NCBI GenBank assembly: GCA_002395065.1
Contig: DGVS01000005.1
Location: 394-64,393 of the forward strand
Origin: Bacillales bacterium UBA4278
Lineage (GTDB): Bacteria; Bacillota_I; Bacilli_A; RFN20; CAG-826
Direction: 5' to 3'
Length of the DNA: 64,000 nt
The position numbers and the translations under genes were made by a program. The notes beneath the pieces are model-generated. The model saw only the letters and a program-made list of their open reading frames with translations. It made no database searches and had not been told where the DNA came from. Shown piece by piece: positions 54,509 to 63,166 of the stretch (the first letter of the stretch is position 1; each line of letters opens with the position of its first letter).

Positions 54509-54567
54509 AATTCGTGTGAAAAATTTGTCTTTATTTTACGCATATAGATAGTGAAAGGAGACAAATT

Positions 54568-54741
54568 ATGCGCAAATTAACTAGAGAAGAACTCGCCGAG
54601 ATTAAGACTGGCGAGCTCACATTAACAGCAGTATTAACTGTTCTGGCTGTTTCTTTGATGGCAGTAGTAATTTATAAATTATTCATGTCTAAAGAAGGCA
54701 GCTCAACTGTCCCTGGTGGTTGGAAATTTACTTGGAAATGA
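54568..54741 (+). CDS. Small (57 aa) hydrophobic peptide ORF, translationally coupled to radC
   Basis: Not in the supplied track because it is under 60 aa. AGGAG lies 10 nt upstream of the ATG at 54568. Product: MRKLTREELAEIKTGELTLTAVLTVLAVSLMAVVIYKLFMSKEGSSTVPGGWKFTWK. Its TGA overlaps the radC ATG (ATGA at 54738-54741). Confidence 0.5.
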   Translation: MRKLTREELAEIKTGELTLTAVLTVLAVSLMAVVIYKLFMSKEGSSTVPGGWKFTWK

Positions 54742-55412
54742 AAATTGCCGATTTACCAAAGGAGGCAAAGCCTCGTGAAAAAGCTTTTTGTTATGGCATT
54801 GGTGAATTAGACGACCAAGAACTACTCGCTTTAATCATCGGAAGTGGGGTGAGGGGGCATTCAGCGATTGAGATTGCAAGGTCCTTATTAGAGACCTTCA
54901 TCACGCTCCCTCACCTTTCTACAGCTTCATTAAGTGCGCTTATAGCGCAAAAAGGATTAAACCGAGTAAATGCGTTAAAATTAATCGCCGCATTTGAATT
55001 GCATAGACGCTTATCATCAACGAAATATGCCTTACCAGAGCAAATAACTAAGACAAATCAAATCGTCGATCGTTTTCGCTATCTTGAAAACTTTGATTAT
55101 GAGGTTGTTATTTTAGTCATGCTGAATCGGAAAAAAGAAATCATTCGCGAGGTCACTAAGTATAAAGGAACATATGATTCATGTTTCTTTAATTTCAAAG
55201 AAATTATGTCCGAATTATTGGATTCAAAATGCACGTCTTTCATTGTTGTGCACAATCATCCAGATGAATCACACTTACCTAGCGAGAACGATGTCATTTC
55301 AACTTCGATTCTTAAAGACAAAACAGAAGAATTTGGAATGAAGCTCTATGATCATGTTATCATCTTCAAAAATGGTTTCTATTCCTTCAAAGAAAAAGGC
55401 CACTTTCGCTAA
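54738..55412 (+). CDS. radC: RadC-family JAMM/MPN domain protein
   Basis: MKIADLPKEAKPREK.. N-terminus, HhH region, and HNHPDESHLPSENDV (JAMM-like HNHP...PS..D). The track start at 54720 is a TTG, and the ATG at 54738 fits family N-termini better. Confidence 0.85.
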   Translation: MKIADLPKEAKPREKAFCYGIGELDDQELLALIIGSGVRGHSAIEIARSLLETFITLPHLSTASLSALIAQKGLNRVNALKLIAAFELHRRLSSTKYALPEQITKTNQIVDRFRYLENFDYEVVILVMLNRKKEIIREVTKYKGTYDSCFFNFKEIMSELLDSKCTSFIVVHNHPDESHLPSENDVISTSILKDKTEEFGMKLYDHVIIFKNGFYSFKEKGHFR

Positions 55413-55469
55413 AATAAGGTTTACATTTGTAAAAAAATGTTTACAAACACTTTCATTAATAATATATTA

Positions 55470-55575
55470 ATAAGCGTTGTCGCCTCACAAGCTACAACCG
55501 CATAGAAAAGGTAACTAACTTATTACTTATAGTAATAGACCTTAATAGCGAGTCTTGAGTGAGAAAGTCGAGGTA
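55470..55575 (+). ncRNA. Candidate ribosomal protein L21 leader
   Basis: About 110 nt of structured 5' UTR upstream of rplU-prp-rpmA. CCTCACAAG (55489-55497) can pair with CTTGaGTGAG (55553-55562). Such a leader is known in Firmicutes, but the match was not verified by a covariance model. Confidence 0.4.
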
Positions 55576-55580
55576 TATTT

Positions 55581-55892
55581 ATGTACGCTATCATTGAAAC
55601 TGGTGGAAAACAAGTTCGCGTCGAAGTCGGACAAAAGGTTTTTGTTGAAAAACTCGATGTAGAAGAAAACAAAGCAGTGAGCTTTGAGAAGGTTCTTCTT
55701 GTCGCGGACAAAGAAGTTAAAGTCGGTACACCATATGTCGAAGGAGCGAAAGTAACCGCGAAAGTCGTGAAAAACGGACTTGGTAAAAAGATTCGCATCT
55801 ACAAATACAAAGCTAAACATAATTCCGCTCGTCGTATGATTGGTCATCGTCAACCATATACTTGCGTTGTTATTGAAAGCATCGTTGCTTAA
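55581..55892 (+). CDS. rplU: 50S ribosomal protein L21
   Basis: [15 protein letters not shown]... is the canonical L21 N-terminus. Confidence 0.97.
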   Translation: MYAIIETGGKQVRVEVGQKVFVEKLDVEENKAVSFEKVLLVADKEVKVGTPYVEGAKVTAKVVKNGLGKKIRIYKYKAKHNSARRMIGHRQPYTCVVIESIVA

Positions 55893-55895
55893 TTT

Positions 55896-56207
55896 ATGAT
55901 CAAAGTTACTGTCATAAAAGCAGAACAAAAAATTAAAAGTATATTAGTCAAAGGCCATTCTAATTCTGCACCAAAAGGAGAAGACCTCATCTGTGCTGGA
56001 GTTAGCTCAATCATCATTGGTGGAGCAAACGCCATCGTTCATCCTGAATGTTATACATTCAAAACTGATGAAGGTTACTTCGAAATAACAGAATTAAAAA
56101 CGGCGAATGAGCACGATTACAATGTCTTAGAAACTGTGCTTACTCAATTAAAAACTATTGAGGAAACATATCCAAAATTCGTTCAAGTAATCGAGAAAGG
56201 AAATTAG
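55896..56207 (+). CDS. prp: Ribosomal-processing cysteine protease Prp (YsxB)
   Basis: [19 protein letters not shown] contains the catalytic His/Cys pattern. It lies between rplU and rpmA. Confidence 0.9.
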   Translation: MIKVTVIKAEQKIKSILVKGHSNSAPKGEDLICAGVSSIIIGGANAIVHPECYTFKTDEGYFEITELKTANEHDYNVLETVLTQLKTIEETYPKFVQVIEKGN

Positions 56208-56209
56208 TT

Positions 56210-56491
56210 ATGTTATTTAGATTAAATATCCAACTCTTTGCTTCTAAAAAAGGTGTTGGTTCAACTAAAAACGGACGTGATAGCGAATCCAAACGTCTTG
56301 GTGCAAAAGTTTCTGATGGAGAATTTTGTACCGCAGGTTCAATTATTTACCGCCAAAGAGGAACAAAAATTCTTCCAGGTGTGAATACCAAACGTGGTGG
56401 AGATGATACCATCTTCGCAACCATCTCTGGTATTTGTAAATATGAACGTGTTGGACGTTCTAAAACACGCGTTAGCGTTTACGCCAAGTAA
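56210..56491 (+). CDS. rpmA: 50S ribosomal protein L27 with an N-terminal propeptide
   Basis: [25 protein letters not shown], a Prp cleavage-type extension typical of Firmicutes. Confidence 0.97.
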   Translation: MLFRLNIQLFASKKGVGSTKNGRDSESKRLGAKVSDGEFCTAGSIIYRQRGTKILPGVNTKRGGDDTIFATISGICKYERVGRSKTRVSVYAK

Positions 56492-56504
56492 GTTGAAAAA
56501 TATT

Positions 56505-56530
56505 AGACCTCTGAAGAGGTCTTTTATTTT
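56505..56530 (+). terminator. Rho-independent terminator after rpmA
   Basis: AGACCTC-tgaa-GAGGTCT followed by TTTTATTTT. Confidence 0.8.
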
Positions 56531-56542
56531 ACTTAAACAATT

Positions 56543-56568
56543 AAGACCACAAAAAAGTGGTCTTTTGT
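56543..56568 (+). terminator. Second tandem hairpin/terminator
   Basis: AAGACCAC-aaaaaa-GTGGTCTT followed by TTG. Confidence 0.6.
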
Positions 56569-56593
56569 TATCTTACGTATATAATGTGAGTGT

Positions 56594-57865
56594 ATGTTTA
56601 TTGACCGAGTAGTAGTTGAAGTAAGATCCGGTAAAGGCGGAGATGGCATGATTGCCTTTCTCCACGAAAAGTACGTCGCTAAAGGCGGACCAAGTGGTGG
56701 AAATGGTGGTCGTGGTGCTTCGATTATTTTTCGTGCGAATAAATCAATTAACACATTGTTTAATTTCCGTCACTCTAAAGTCATCATTGGACAAGATGGT
56801 GGAAAAGGTTTAACCAAGAACAAATACGGACGCGGTGCAGATGATGTCTATGTCGATGTACCTTTAGGTACTGTTGTTTATTTAGAGAAGAATCACGAGT
56901 TCCTTTGCGACTTATCCCAAGATGGTCAAGAAGTTGTTGTAGCTAAAGGCGGTCGTGGTGGAAGAGGCAATGCTGCTTTTAAATCCGACAAGAACCGTGT
57001 TCCGCGTATTGCTGAAAACGGCTTACCAGGCGAAACCAAACGTCTGATCCTAGAGTTAAAACTTTTAGCTGATGTCGGATTGGTTGGACTTCCAAATGCT
57101 GGTAAATCAACACTTTTAAGTGTTGTAAGTAATGCAAATCCGGAAATTGCCGATTATCCATTTACGACTATTGCTCCAAATTTAGGAGTGGTAAACGTTT
57201 CCAAATACGAAACTTTTGTTATGGCTGATTTACCAGGATTAATCGCAGGTGCACACCTTGGTAAGGGTTTAGGCTTAACATTCTTAAGACATCTTGAAAG
57301 ATGTCGCGTTATTGTCCATCTTGTTTCAATGAGTGATGAAAATCCATATGAATCGTTTAAACAAATTCAAAACGAACTCAAAGAGTACGGCATGGGTCTA
57401 GAAAAACGTCCGTTAATTATTGTGGCAACTAAAATGGATGAGGATGGAGCAGAAGATAAACTCAAAGAGTTTAAGAAAAAAGTTAAAGCGGAAGTAATTC
57501 CAATCTCATCTTTAACACACGATGGAATTAATGAACTTGTTAAAAAATGTTATGAACTGGTTTCAAAAACTGATCCTTTCCCATTAATGGGAACTAAAGA
57601 CAAAGTCGAAACTAAAGTTTATAATGCTTATAAAGATCAAAAACCAATCTTTGAGGTTATTAAAGAAAGAGATCATGTCTATCGCCTTGTCGGAGAATCA
57701 ATTGAACGAACTTATTCATTGATCAATATTTCTACTGATGAAGGTTTGATGCGCCTGATAAACTATTTAAGGAAAATCGAAGTTGAGGAAGCACTAAAAG
57801 AAGCTGGAGCCGAAGATGGAGACAGTGTCTTCTTATGTGACTTTGAATTCGAATATTTAGAATAA
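56594..57865 (+). CDS. obg: GTPase Obg/CgtA
   Basis: MFIDRV.VEV..G.GGDG glycine-rich Obg fold. G domain GLPNAGKST, DLPGLI and TKMD. Confidence 0.96.
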   Translation: MFIDRVVVEVRSGKGGDGMIAFLHEKYVAKGGPSGGNGGRGASIIFRANKSINTLFNFRHSKVIIGQDGGKGLTKNKYGRGADDVYVDVPLGTVVYLEKNHEFLCDLSQDGQEVVVAKGGRGGRGNAAFKSDKNRVPRIAENGLPGETKRLILELKLLADVGLVGLPNAGKSTLLSVVSNANPEIADYPFTTIAPNLGVVNVSKYETFVMADLPGLIAGAHLGKGLGLTFLRHLERCRVIVHLVSMSDENPYESFKQIQNELKEYGMGLEKRPLIIVATKMDEDGAEDKLKEFKKKVKAEVIPISSLTHDGINELVKKCYELVSKTDPFPLMGTKDKVETKVYNAYKDQKPIFEVIKERDHVYRLVGESIERTYSLINISTDEGLMRLINYLRKIEVEEALKEAGAEDGDSVFLCDFEFEYLE

Positions 57866-58596
57866 TGAAGAATTTAGAAGCTTATTTATTAGAAATCCAA
57901 TCCTTTTTAAAGGATTATTTAGACAAATCTGGCTGCAAAGCCTATGTTTTAGGATTAAGCGGCGGAGTCGATTCTTCTTTAGTTGCAGCCTTAGCCCGTA
58001 AAGCTGTTGGAAAAGATAAACTTTATTGCTATTGTATTGACATTGAATCCAATCCAAAAGATATCGAAGATGCTAAAAAAGTTGCTGAGCAACTTGATGT
58101 TAACCTCGAAGTCATCTCTTTGACTGAGACTTATCATTCATATCTCAAGGATTTAAAAGGCAAAGACTTCTTACGTTTATCTAAATCTAATTTAAAAGTG
58201 CGTATGCGCATGTGTGCATTATTTGCATATGCTCAAGAACACTCCGGTCTTGTTTTAGGCACAGATAATTGGGACGAACGCTATGTCGGCTACTTCACAA
58301 AGTACGGTGATGGAGCCGCCGATATCCTGCCAATTGTGCATCTAACAAAACAAGAAGTGCGGGAATCATCAAAAATTTTGGGAATCTCTGAAGATTTATA
58401 TAATCGCGTTCCATCGGCAGGACTTTTCGAAGGTCAAACTGATGAAACAGAAATGGGAATCTCTTATGTTGACTTAGATAATTACCTTATAGGTAAAGAA
58501 GTCAATTTAGAAGCAAAAAAACGCATTGAACATCTCCATAAAATTAGTGAACATAAGCGTGTTGAAATCCCTTCTCCAAAGCCTCCAAAAAGATAA
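57865..58596 (+). CDS. nadE: NH3-dependent NAD+ synthetase
   Basis: LGLSGGVDSSLVAAL PP-loop, with typical length. Confidence 0.93.
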   Translation: MKNLEAYLLEIQSFLKDYLDKSGCKAYVLGLSGGVDSSLVAALARKAVGKDKLYCYCIDIESNPKDIEDAKKVAEQLDVNLEVISLTETYHSYLKDLKGKDFLRLSKSNLKVRMRMCALFAYAQEHSGLVLGTDNWDERYVGYFTKYGDGAADILPIVHLTKQEVRESSKILGISEDLYNRVPSAGLFEGQTDETEMGISYVDLDNYLIGKEVNLEAKKRIEHLHKISEHKRVEIPSPKPPKR

Positions 58597-58619
58597 CAAA
58601 ATAAAAAAATTTAAGAAAA

Positions 58620-58642
58620 GTGGCAAATTTGCCGCTTTTTTT
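58620..58642 (+). terminator. Rho-independent terminator after nadE
   Basis: GTGGCAAA/TTTGCCGC hairpin followed by TTTTTTT. Confidence 0.7.
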
Positions 58643-58684
58643 ACGATAAAGATATATATAAGGAATAACGAGGAAGGAGTCACT

Positions 58685-59254
58685 ATGTTTGACTATTTTA
58701 TTGGACGCATCACTCGTGTCCTACCTCACGCCATCGTGCTTGAAACAAACGCGATTGGTTATTACATTTTTGTTTCAAAACCAAAACTTTTTCAAATTGG
58801 TGATGAAACTAAAGTTTATGTCCAAGACCTATTAAAAGAAGATGGTTATTACTTGGTTGGTTTCCCATCTATCGAAGAAAGAGAAGTTTATTACGGACTT
58901 AACTCGGTTAATGGAATTGGTCCAAAAACAGCATTAAAAATTCTTGGTGAATGTAACTATCAAGACCTGAAGAAAGCAATTGAAAGCAATAATCTCTTCT
59001 TTTTAAGAAGTATTAAGTGGATTGGACAAAAAGCATCAGCCCAAATTCTTCTTGATCTTCGTGGTTTCTTCGACTTAAATCAAAACATCAATGTTAACCA
59101 GTATGAAGAAGTTCAATTTGCCTTAAAACGTCTTGGATATAAAAACCGAGATATTATTTCAACTTTGTCCGGCATCAACATACCAGATGCCTCAAATGAA
59201 GAAATTATCAAAGAGGCATTAAGGAGGTTAAGACCTTATGCGCAGCACAGTTGA
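58685..59254 (+). CDS. ruvA: Holliday junction DNA helicase subunit RuvA
   Basis: MFDYFIGRI.. is the canonical N-terminus, preceded by GGAAGGAG. HhH motifs (GIGPKTA). The track ORF start at 58526 overlaps nadE and the terminator. Confidence 0.92.
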   Translation: MFDYFIGRITRVLPHAIVLETNAIGYYIFVSKPKLFQIGDETKVYVQDLLKEDGYYLVGFPSIEEREVYYGLNSVNGIGPKTALKILGECNYQDLKKAIESNNLFFLRSIKWIGQKASAQILLDLRGFFDLNQNINVNQYEEVQFALKRLGYKNRDIISTLSGINIPDASNEEIIKEALRRLRPYAQHS

Positions 59255-60242
59255 AAGTAAAGAAGAAAAGCAGGTTGAAAACGCTCTTCGCCCTCATTCT
59301 TTTGATGAGTTTTTTGGGCAACGTTCTCTTATAGAGAACCTCCGTGTCTTTATTAGCGCAGCTAAGAAAAGAAACGAAGCTCTGGATCATGTTCTTGTTT
59401 ATGGCCCATCTGGACTAGGAAAAACAACGATAGCACACGTCATTGCAAATGAATTAGAACAAAAGCTCATTTCGATTAGCGGACCAACAATTGAAAAGAT
59501 TGGTGATATGGCTTCCATTCTTTCATCTTTAGAACCCGGACAAGTCCTTTTTATTGATGAAATTCATCGACTGCCAAAAGTGGTGGAGGAATTTCTTTAT
59601 GGAGCAATGGAAGATTACCAAATTTCTATCCTTATTCAACACGATAAAGATTCCCAAAATATTGTGATTGATCTGCCCCCATTTACCATTGTTGGAGCGA
59701 CAACAAAAGTTAGTTCATTATCGTGGCCTTTAAGGCAAAGATTTGGCATTAATTTTAAATTCGACTTCTACAAAGTAGAAGAAATTGAACAAATCATTAA
59801 ACGTTCGACTTTTGTTTTGGGCAACAAAATTGACCAAGAATCTTCACATGAAATTGCCATTCGTTCTCGAGGCACACCCCGTATTGCTAATCGTTTGTTA
59901 AGACGAGTACGTGATTTTGCAACTAATCAAGGCAAAAACACAATCACAATCGATATCACAAAAGATGCTTTGCAAAGAATTGGAGTTGACCAGATTGGAC
60001 TCGATGAGACGGACTTGATGTATCTAACACAACTTATTTCGAGGTTTAATGGCGGCCCGGTGGGTCTTGATACATTAGCTTCATCATTCGGGGAAGATCC
60101 ATCAACTCTGGAAGAGATTTGTGAACCATATTTGATTGGAATCGGTTTAATTAACCGAACACCTCGCGGAAGAGAAATCACTCTTGTTGGAAAAGAGTAT
60201 TTTTTAAAACATCATTCAGAGAGACTTTCTAAACAAATTTAG
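59238..60242 (+). CDS. ruvB: Holliday junction DNA helicase RuvB
   Basis: LRP..F.EF.GQ, Walker A GPSGLGKTT, Walker B FIDEIHR, and sensor RGTPRIANRLLRRVRD. Confidence 0.96.
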   Translation: MRSTVESKEEKQVENALRPHSFDEFFGQRSLIENLRVFISAAKKRNEALDHVLVYGPSGLGKTTIAHVIANELEQKLISISGPTIEKIGDMASILSSLEPGQVLFIDEIHRLPKVVEEFLYGAMEDYQISILIQHDKDSQNIVIDLPPFTIVGATTKVSSLSWPLRQRFGINFKFDFYKVEEIEQIIKRSTFVLGNKIDQESSHEIAIRSRGTPRIANRLLRRVRDFATNQGKNTITIDITKDALQRIGVDQIGLDETDLMYLTQLISRFNGGPVGLDTLASSFGEDPSTLEEICEPYLIGIGLINRTPRGREITLVGKEYFLKHHSERLSKQI

Positions 60243-60430
60243 TCGATTTTATCGATTATTTTCTATTTATTCTATATTATTGATTTTTCAATAATTTGAA
60301 ACAATCGATAATAGTTTTCCAATACGTTTCTGAAAACTTTCCTTGCTTAAGCAAAGGAGTAGTAGTATTCTTTAAAAGCAAACTTAATTTTTAATTAAGG
60401 TCTAGAAAATACAAGAAAGAGAACATAGTT

Positions 60431-63124
60431 ATGCGTCGTTTAATTGCTTATATCTCGATGGTCATCGCCATCTTAATCGGTGTTGGCGTATCTTTTGCTC
60501 CAACATTTACCAAAATGAAAGAAGGTCGTGAATTCGCTTCTGGTCGTGAAATTGTCTTTACCCTTAAGGATAAAGAAAATGAAGCTGATCCAGTAAAAGC
60601 AGATGCCGCAGAAAAAGTTGCCGATATCATGAAGGAACGTTTAGACCTCATGAATGTCGAAGACTATTCTGTTAAGATTGGCACAAACAAAGACGACCCA
60701 AGCCAAGTTTATGCAGATACGATTTCTGTTTCTTTCTCGACCCAAGACGACACCTTATTTAACTATGTTTCTCGTTTACTTGAATTCTCCGGCAAGGATT
60801 TCTCTTTAAGAGGAAACCTTGATGAAGCCTTTGCTGAAAACGTCTTTAAGGACGTTGAAGCTTATATTTATCGTGATTCAGGCACAATTCCTTATGTTAT
60901 TTTCCCTGTTTCCGATAGTGAAGCCGTCAAAACTTTCTTAAAAGTTGTTAGCGGTGAAGATGAAGAATCAGAAGATTCTGGAGAAAAAAGTCTCCTACTT
61001 CCAAAATTCGCTGATGTTGATGAAGGCGAAGGAGAAAGCGAAGAAGAAGGCGAACAAAAAAATCCTGATGTTTTCCTTTGTGGAAACTGGGGTGATGATG
61101 ACTCCATTGAAAAAGCATCTGAAAACCCATATTCAGCCGAAAAGGTTATTTGTTCTTGGAACCACGAGAACATTTGGAACCCAGATTCAAAAGAAGCCGA
61201 AACCGAATTACGTTTCCTCTGTGGATCTGCTAATGAATCCGGCGAATACGATTTAACCGCTTTAAAGAAAGCTAATCAACAAGCTTCATTCCTTTTAGGA
61301 ATGTTTAACGCGAAAGAATACGAAGTCGCTGTTGAAAACAAGTTTAAAGACGTCACCGTTGATGGTGGGATTAAATATAACTATCTCACTGTTGAAGCTT
61401 CTTATGAAAACCTCATTTCCTTTGAAGGAAATAGCACTAAGCTTGCTTGGTCAGCCACACTTAAAGCAACTTTAATTGGTGTTGTCATTGTTTCTTTGCT
61501 TTTAGCAATGTTCTTCCGTTTACAATCTTTGGCCGCGATTGCAACAAGCTTATTAAGCTTGTTCTTCACGTATTTACTATTCTTCGCCATGACTCCAACA
61601 TTCAATGTTGCAGCCATTGTTGGAGGTATTGTTGTTGCTCTACTTTCGATTTTTGGTGAAATTGTTTATATGCATCGCTTCCGTGATGAAGTTTATAAAG
61701 GACGTAGTTTAAAGAAAGCTAATACGGAAGCATTTAGACGTTCAAACTTAATTGTTCTTGATGGAACAGTTTTAGTTGGTGCAAGTGGATTACTCTTCTA
61801 CCTCCTTGGAGGCGAAGCTTTAAAATCTTTCGGAGTTATCGCTTTCTTTGGTGCAATTATTTCCTTTGTTTTATTCCACATTGTCTATCGTATTTTGAAT
61901 TGGCTTTTAGCCAATACAACAAATATTCAAACTAAATATAGTTTGTTTAATATTGATGAAAGCAAAGTTCCAAACATTGCACTTGATGAAAAACCAAACT
62001 TTGAAAGTCCATATGAGAAAACTGACTTTACTAAAAAACGCAAAGCGTTAGGTATTGTTGGTGGTGTCTTATTGATTGCTTCCTTAGCTGGTATCATCAC
62101 CTTTGGTGTATTAAATGGTTCTCCAATTAACACCAAGAAAGCGTCAGATGATCACTCAGTCATCTATACATCAATTCAAGCTGATGATGACAGATTAAAT
62201 TCCACACTCTTTAGTGATGAAATCTTAGCCAAGATTGTTATCGACGGCAAAGCCGTTGATGTGAAAAATGTTTCTGTCGAATTTAAGGAAACAAAGAGTT
62301 ACGATCTTGATGAAAAACTCGAAAAGACAACATATCAATATGTTGCTAAATTTGATAATGTGCTCTCCAACGATAAAGTCCAATACAAGGATGGAGAAGA
62401 TTTAAAAGATGCGGAGAATTTACAAGATGCGGTGGTTAGCCTTGTTGAAAAATATGAAATTATTGAAAGTGGTGTCACCGCCGATGTTCGTGTCACTGGT
62501 GAAACCGTTTCAACTCCAAATCAAGGCGAAATTGCTTTAGCAACAGGTATTACTTTAGCAGCCGCATTTGTCTACTGCGCTTTCCGTTATCGTTTATCCC
62601 GTGCTTGTAGTTTACTTGTTGTGAGCACTGGTGTGACAACCGTTACATACGGATTATTGACACTTACACGTCTAGCCACATCATCCGTGAGTGCAATTTT
62701 GCTTCCAATCGTTGCCATCTCATCATTATTAACTGCTCTCTTCTACCTAAGTAGAGAGAAAGAACTTGATAAAGAAGAAAAGGCTTATGACGCGACAAAG
62801 AGAAGCGCACTTGTTGCTCGCGCTGCTTCACTTAGCGCATTACCAGTCTTCACCTTTACATTAATTGGTGGATACCTGGCGATTAACTTCTTTGGTTTCG
62901 GACCAGTTGAATTAACAATCCTCTTTGGTGCAGTGATTGTCGGAACAGTGTTAACTGTTCTTGCAGTGCTCTCACTTATGGGTCCACTTGCTAGTGTCTT
63001 TGATCGCTTATTCAGCAAGGTTCGCTTACCAAAATTACGCCGCCATAAAGAAAACAAACAACATTCACTTAAACCAAAAACAAGTGAACCACAAGAAACA
63101 ATCTTTATCGGTATTAACGACTAA
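60431..63124 (+). CDS. secDF: Fused protein-export membrane protein SecDF
   Basis: N-terminal TM plus a large external domain. Two 6-TM-like SecD/SecF blocks follow, e.g. ..ALLSIFGEIVYMHRFRDEVYKGRSLKKANTEAFRRSNLIVLDGTVLVGASGLLF.. and a second block at aa ~700-870. The assignment rests on pattern similarity only. Confidence 0.7.
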   Translation: MRRLIAYISMVIAILIGVGVSFAPTFTKMKEGREFASGREIVFTLKDKENEADPVKADAAEKVADIMKERLDLMNVEDYSVKIGTNKDDPSQVYADTISVSFSTQDDTLFNYVSRLLEFSGKDFSLRGNLDEAFAENVFKDVEAYIYRDSGTIPYVIFPVSDSEAVKTFLKVVSGEDEESEDSGEKSLLLPKFADVDEGEGESEEEGEQKNPDVFLCGNWGDDDSIEKASENPYSAEKVICSWNHENIWNPDSKEAETELRFLCGSANESGEYDLTALKKANQQASFLLGMFNAKEYEVAVENKFKDVTVDGGIKYNYLTVEASYENLISFEGNSTKLAWSATLKATLIGVVIVSLLLAMFFRLQSLAAIATSLLSLFFTYLLFFAMTPTFNVAAIVGGIVVALLSIFGEIVYMHRFRDEVYKGRSLKKANTEAFRRSNLIVLDGTVLVGASGLLFYLLGGEALKSFGVIAFFGAIISFVLFHIVYRILNWLLANTTNIQTKYSLFNIDESKVPNIALDEKPNFESPYEKTDFTKKRKALGIVGGVLLIASLAGIITFGVLNGSPINTKKASDDHSVIYTSIQADDDRLNSTLFSDEILAKIVIDGKAVDVKNVSVEFKETKSYDLDEKLEKTTYQYVAKFDNVLSNDKVQYKDGEDLKDAENLQDAVVSLVEKYEIIESGVTADVRVTGETVSTPNQGEIALATGITLAAAFVYCAFRYRLSRACSLLVVSTGVTTVTYGLLTLTRLATSSVSAILLPIVAISSLLTALFYLSREKELDKEEKAYDATKRSALVARAASLSALPVFTFTLIGGYLAINFFGFGPVELTILFGAVIVGTVLTVLAVLSLMGPLASVFDRLFSKVRLPKLRRHKENKQHSLKPKTSEPQETIFIGIND

Positions 63125-63131
63125 TTTTAAT

Positions 63132-63158
63132 AGGGCTATTTAAATAGCCCTTTAATTT
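63132..63158 (+). terminator. Hairpin/terminator after secDF
   Basis: AGGGCTATTT/AAATAGCCCT palindrome followed by TTAATTT. Confidence 0.55.
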
Positions 63159-63166
63159 ACTTAAAT

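Noticed and set aside
58526-58684. N-terminal 53-aa extension of ruvA suggested by the ORF track
   Set aside because: The extension overlaps the nadE 3' end and contains the nadE terminator hairpin (58620-58642). The canonical RuvA N-terminus MFDYFIGRI starts at 58685 with a strong RBS.
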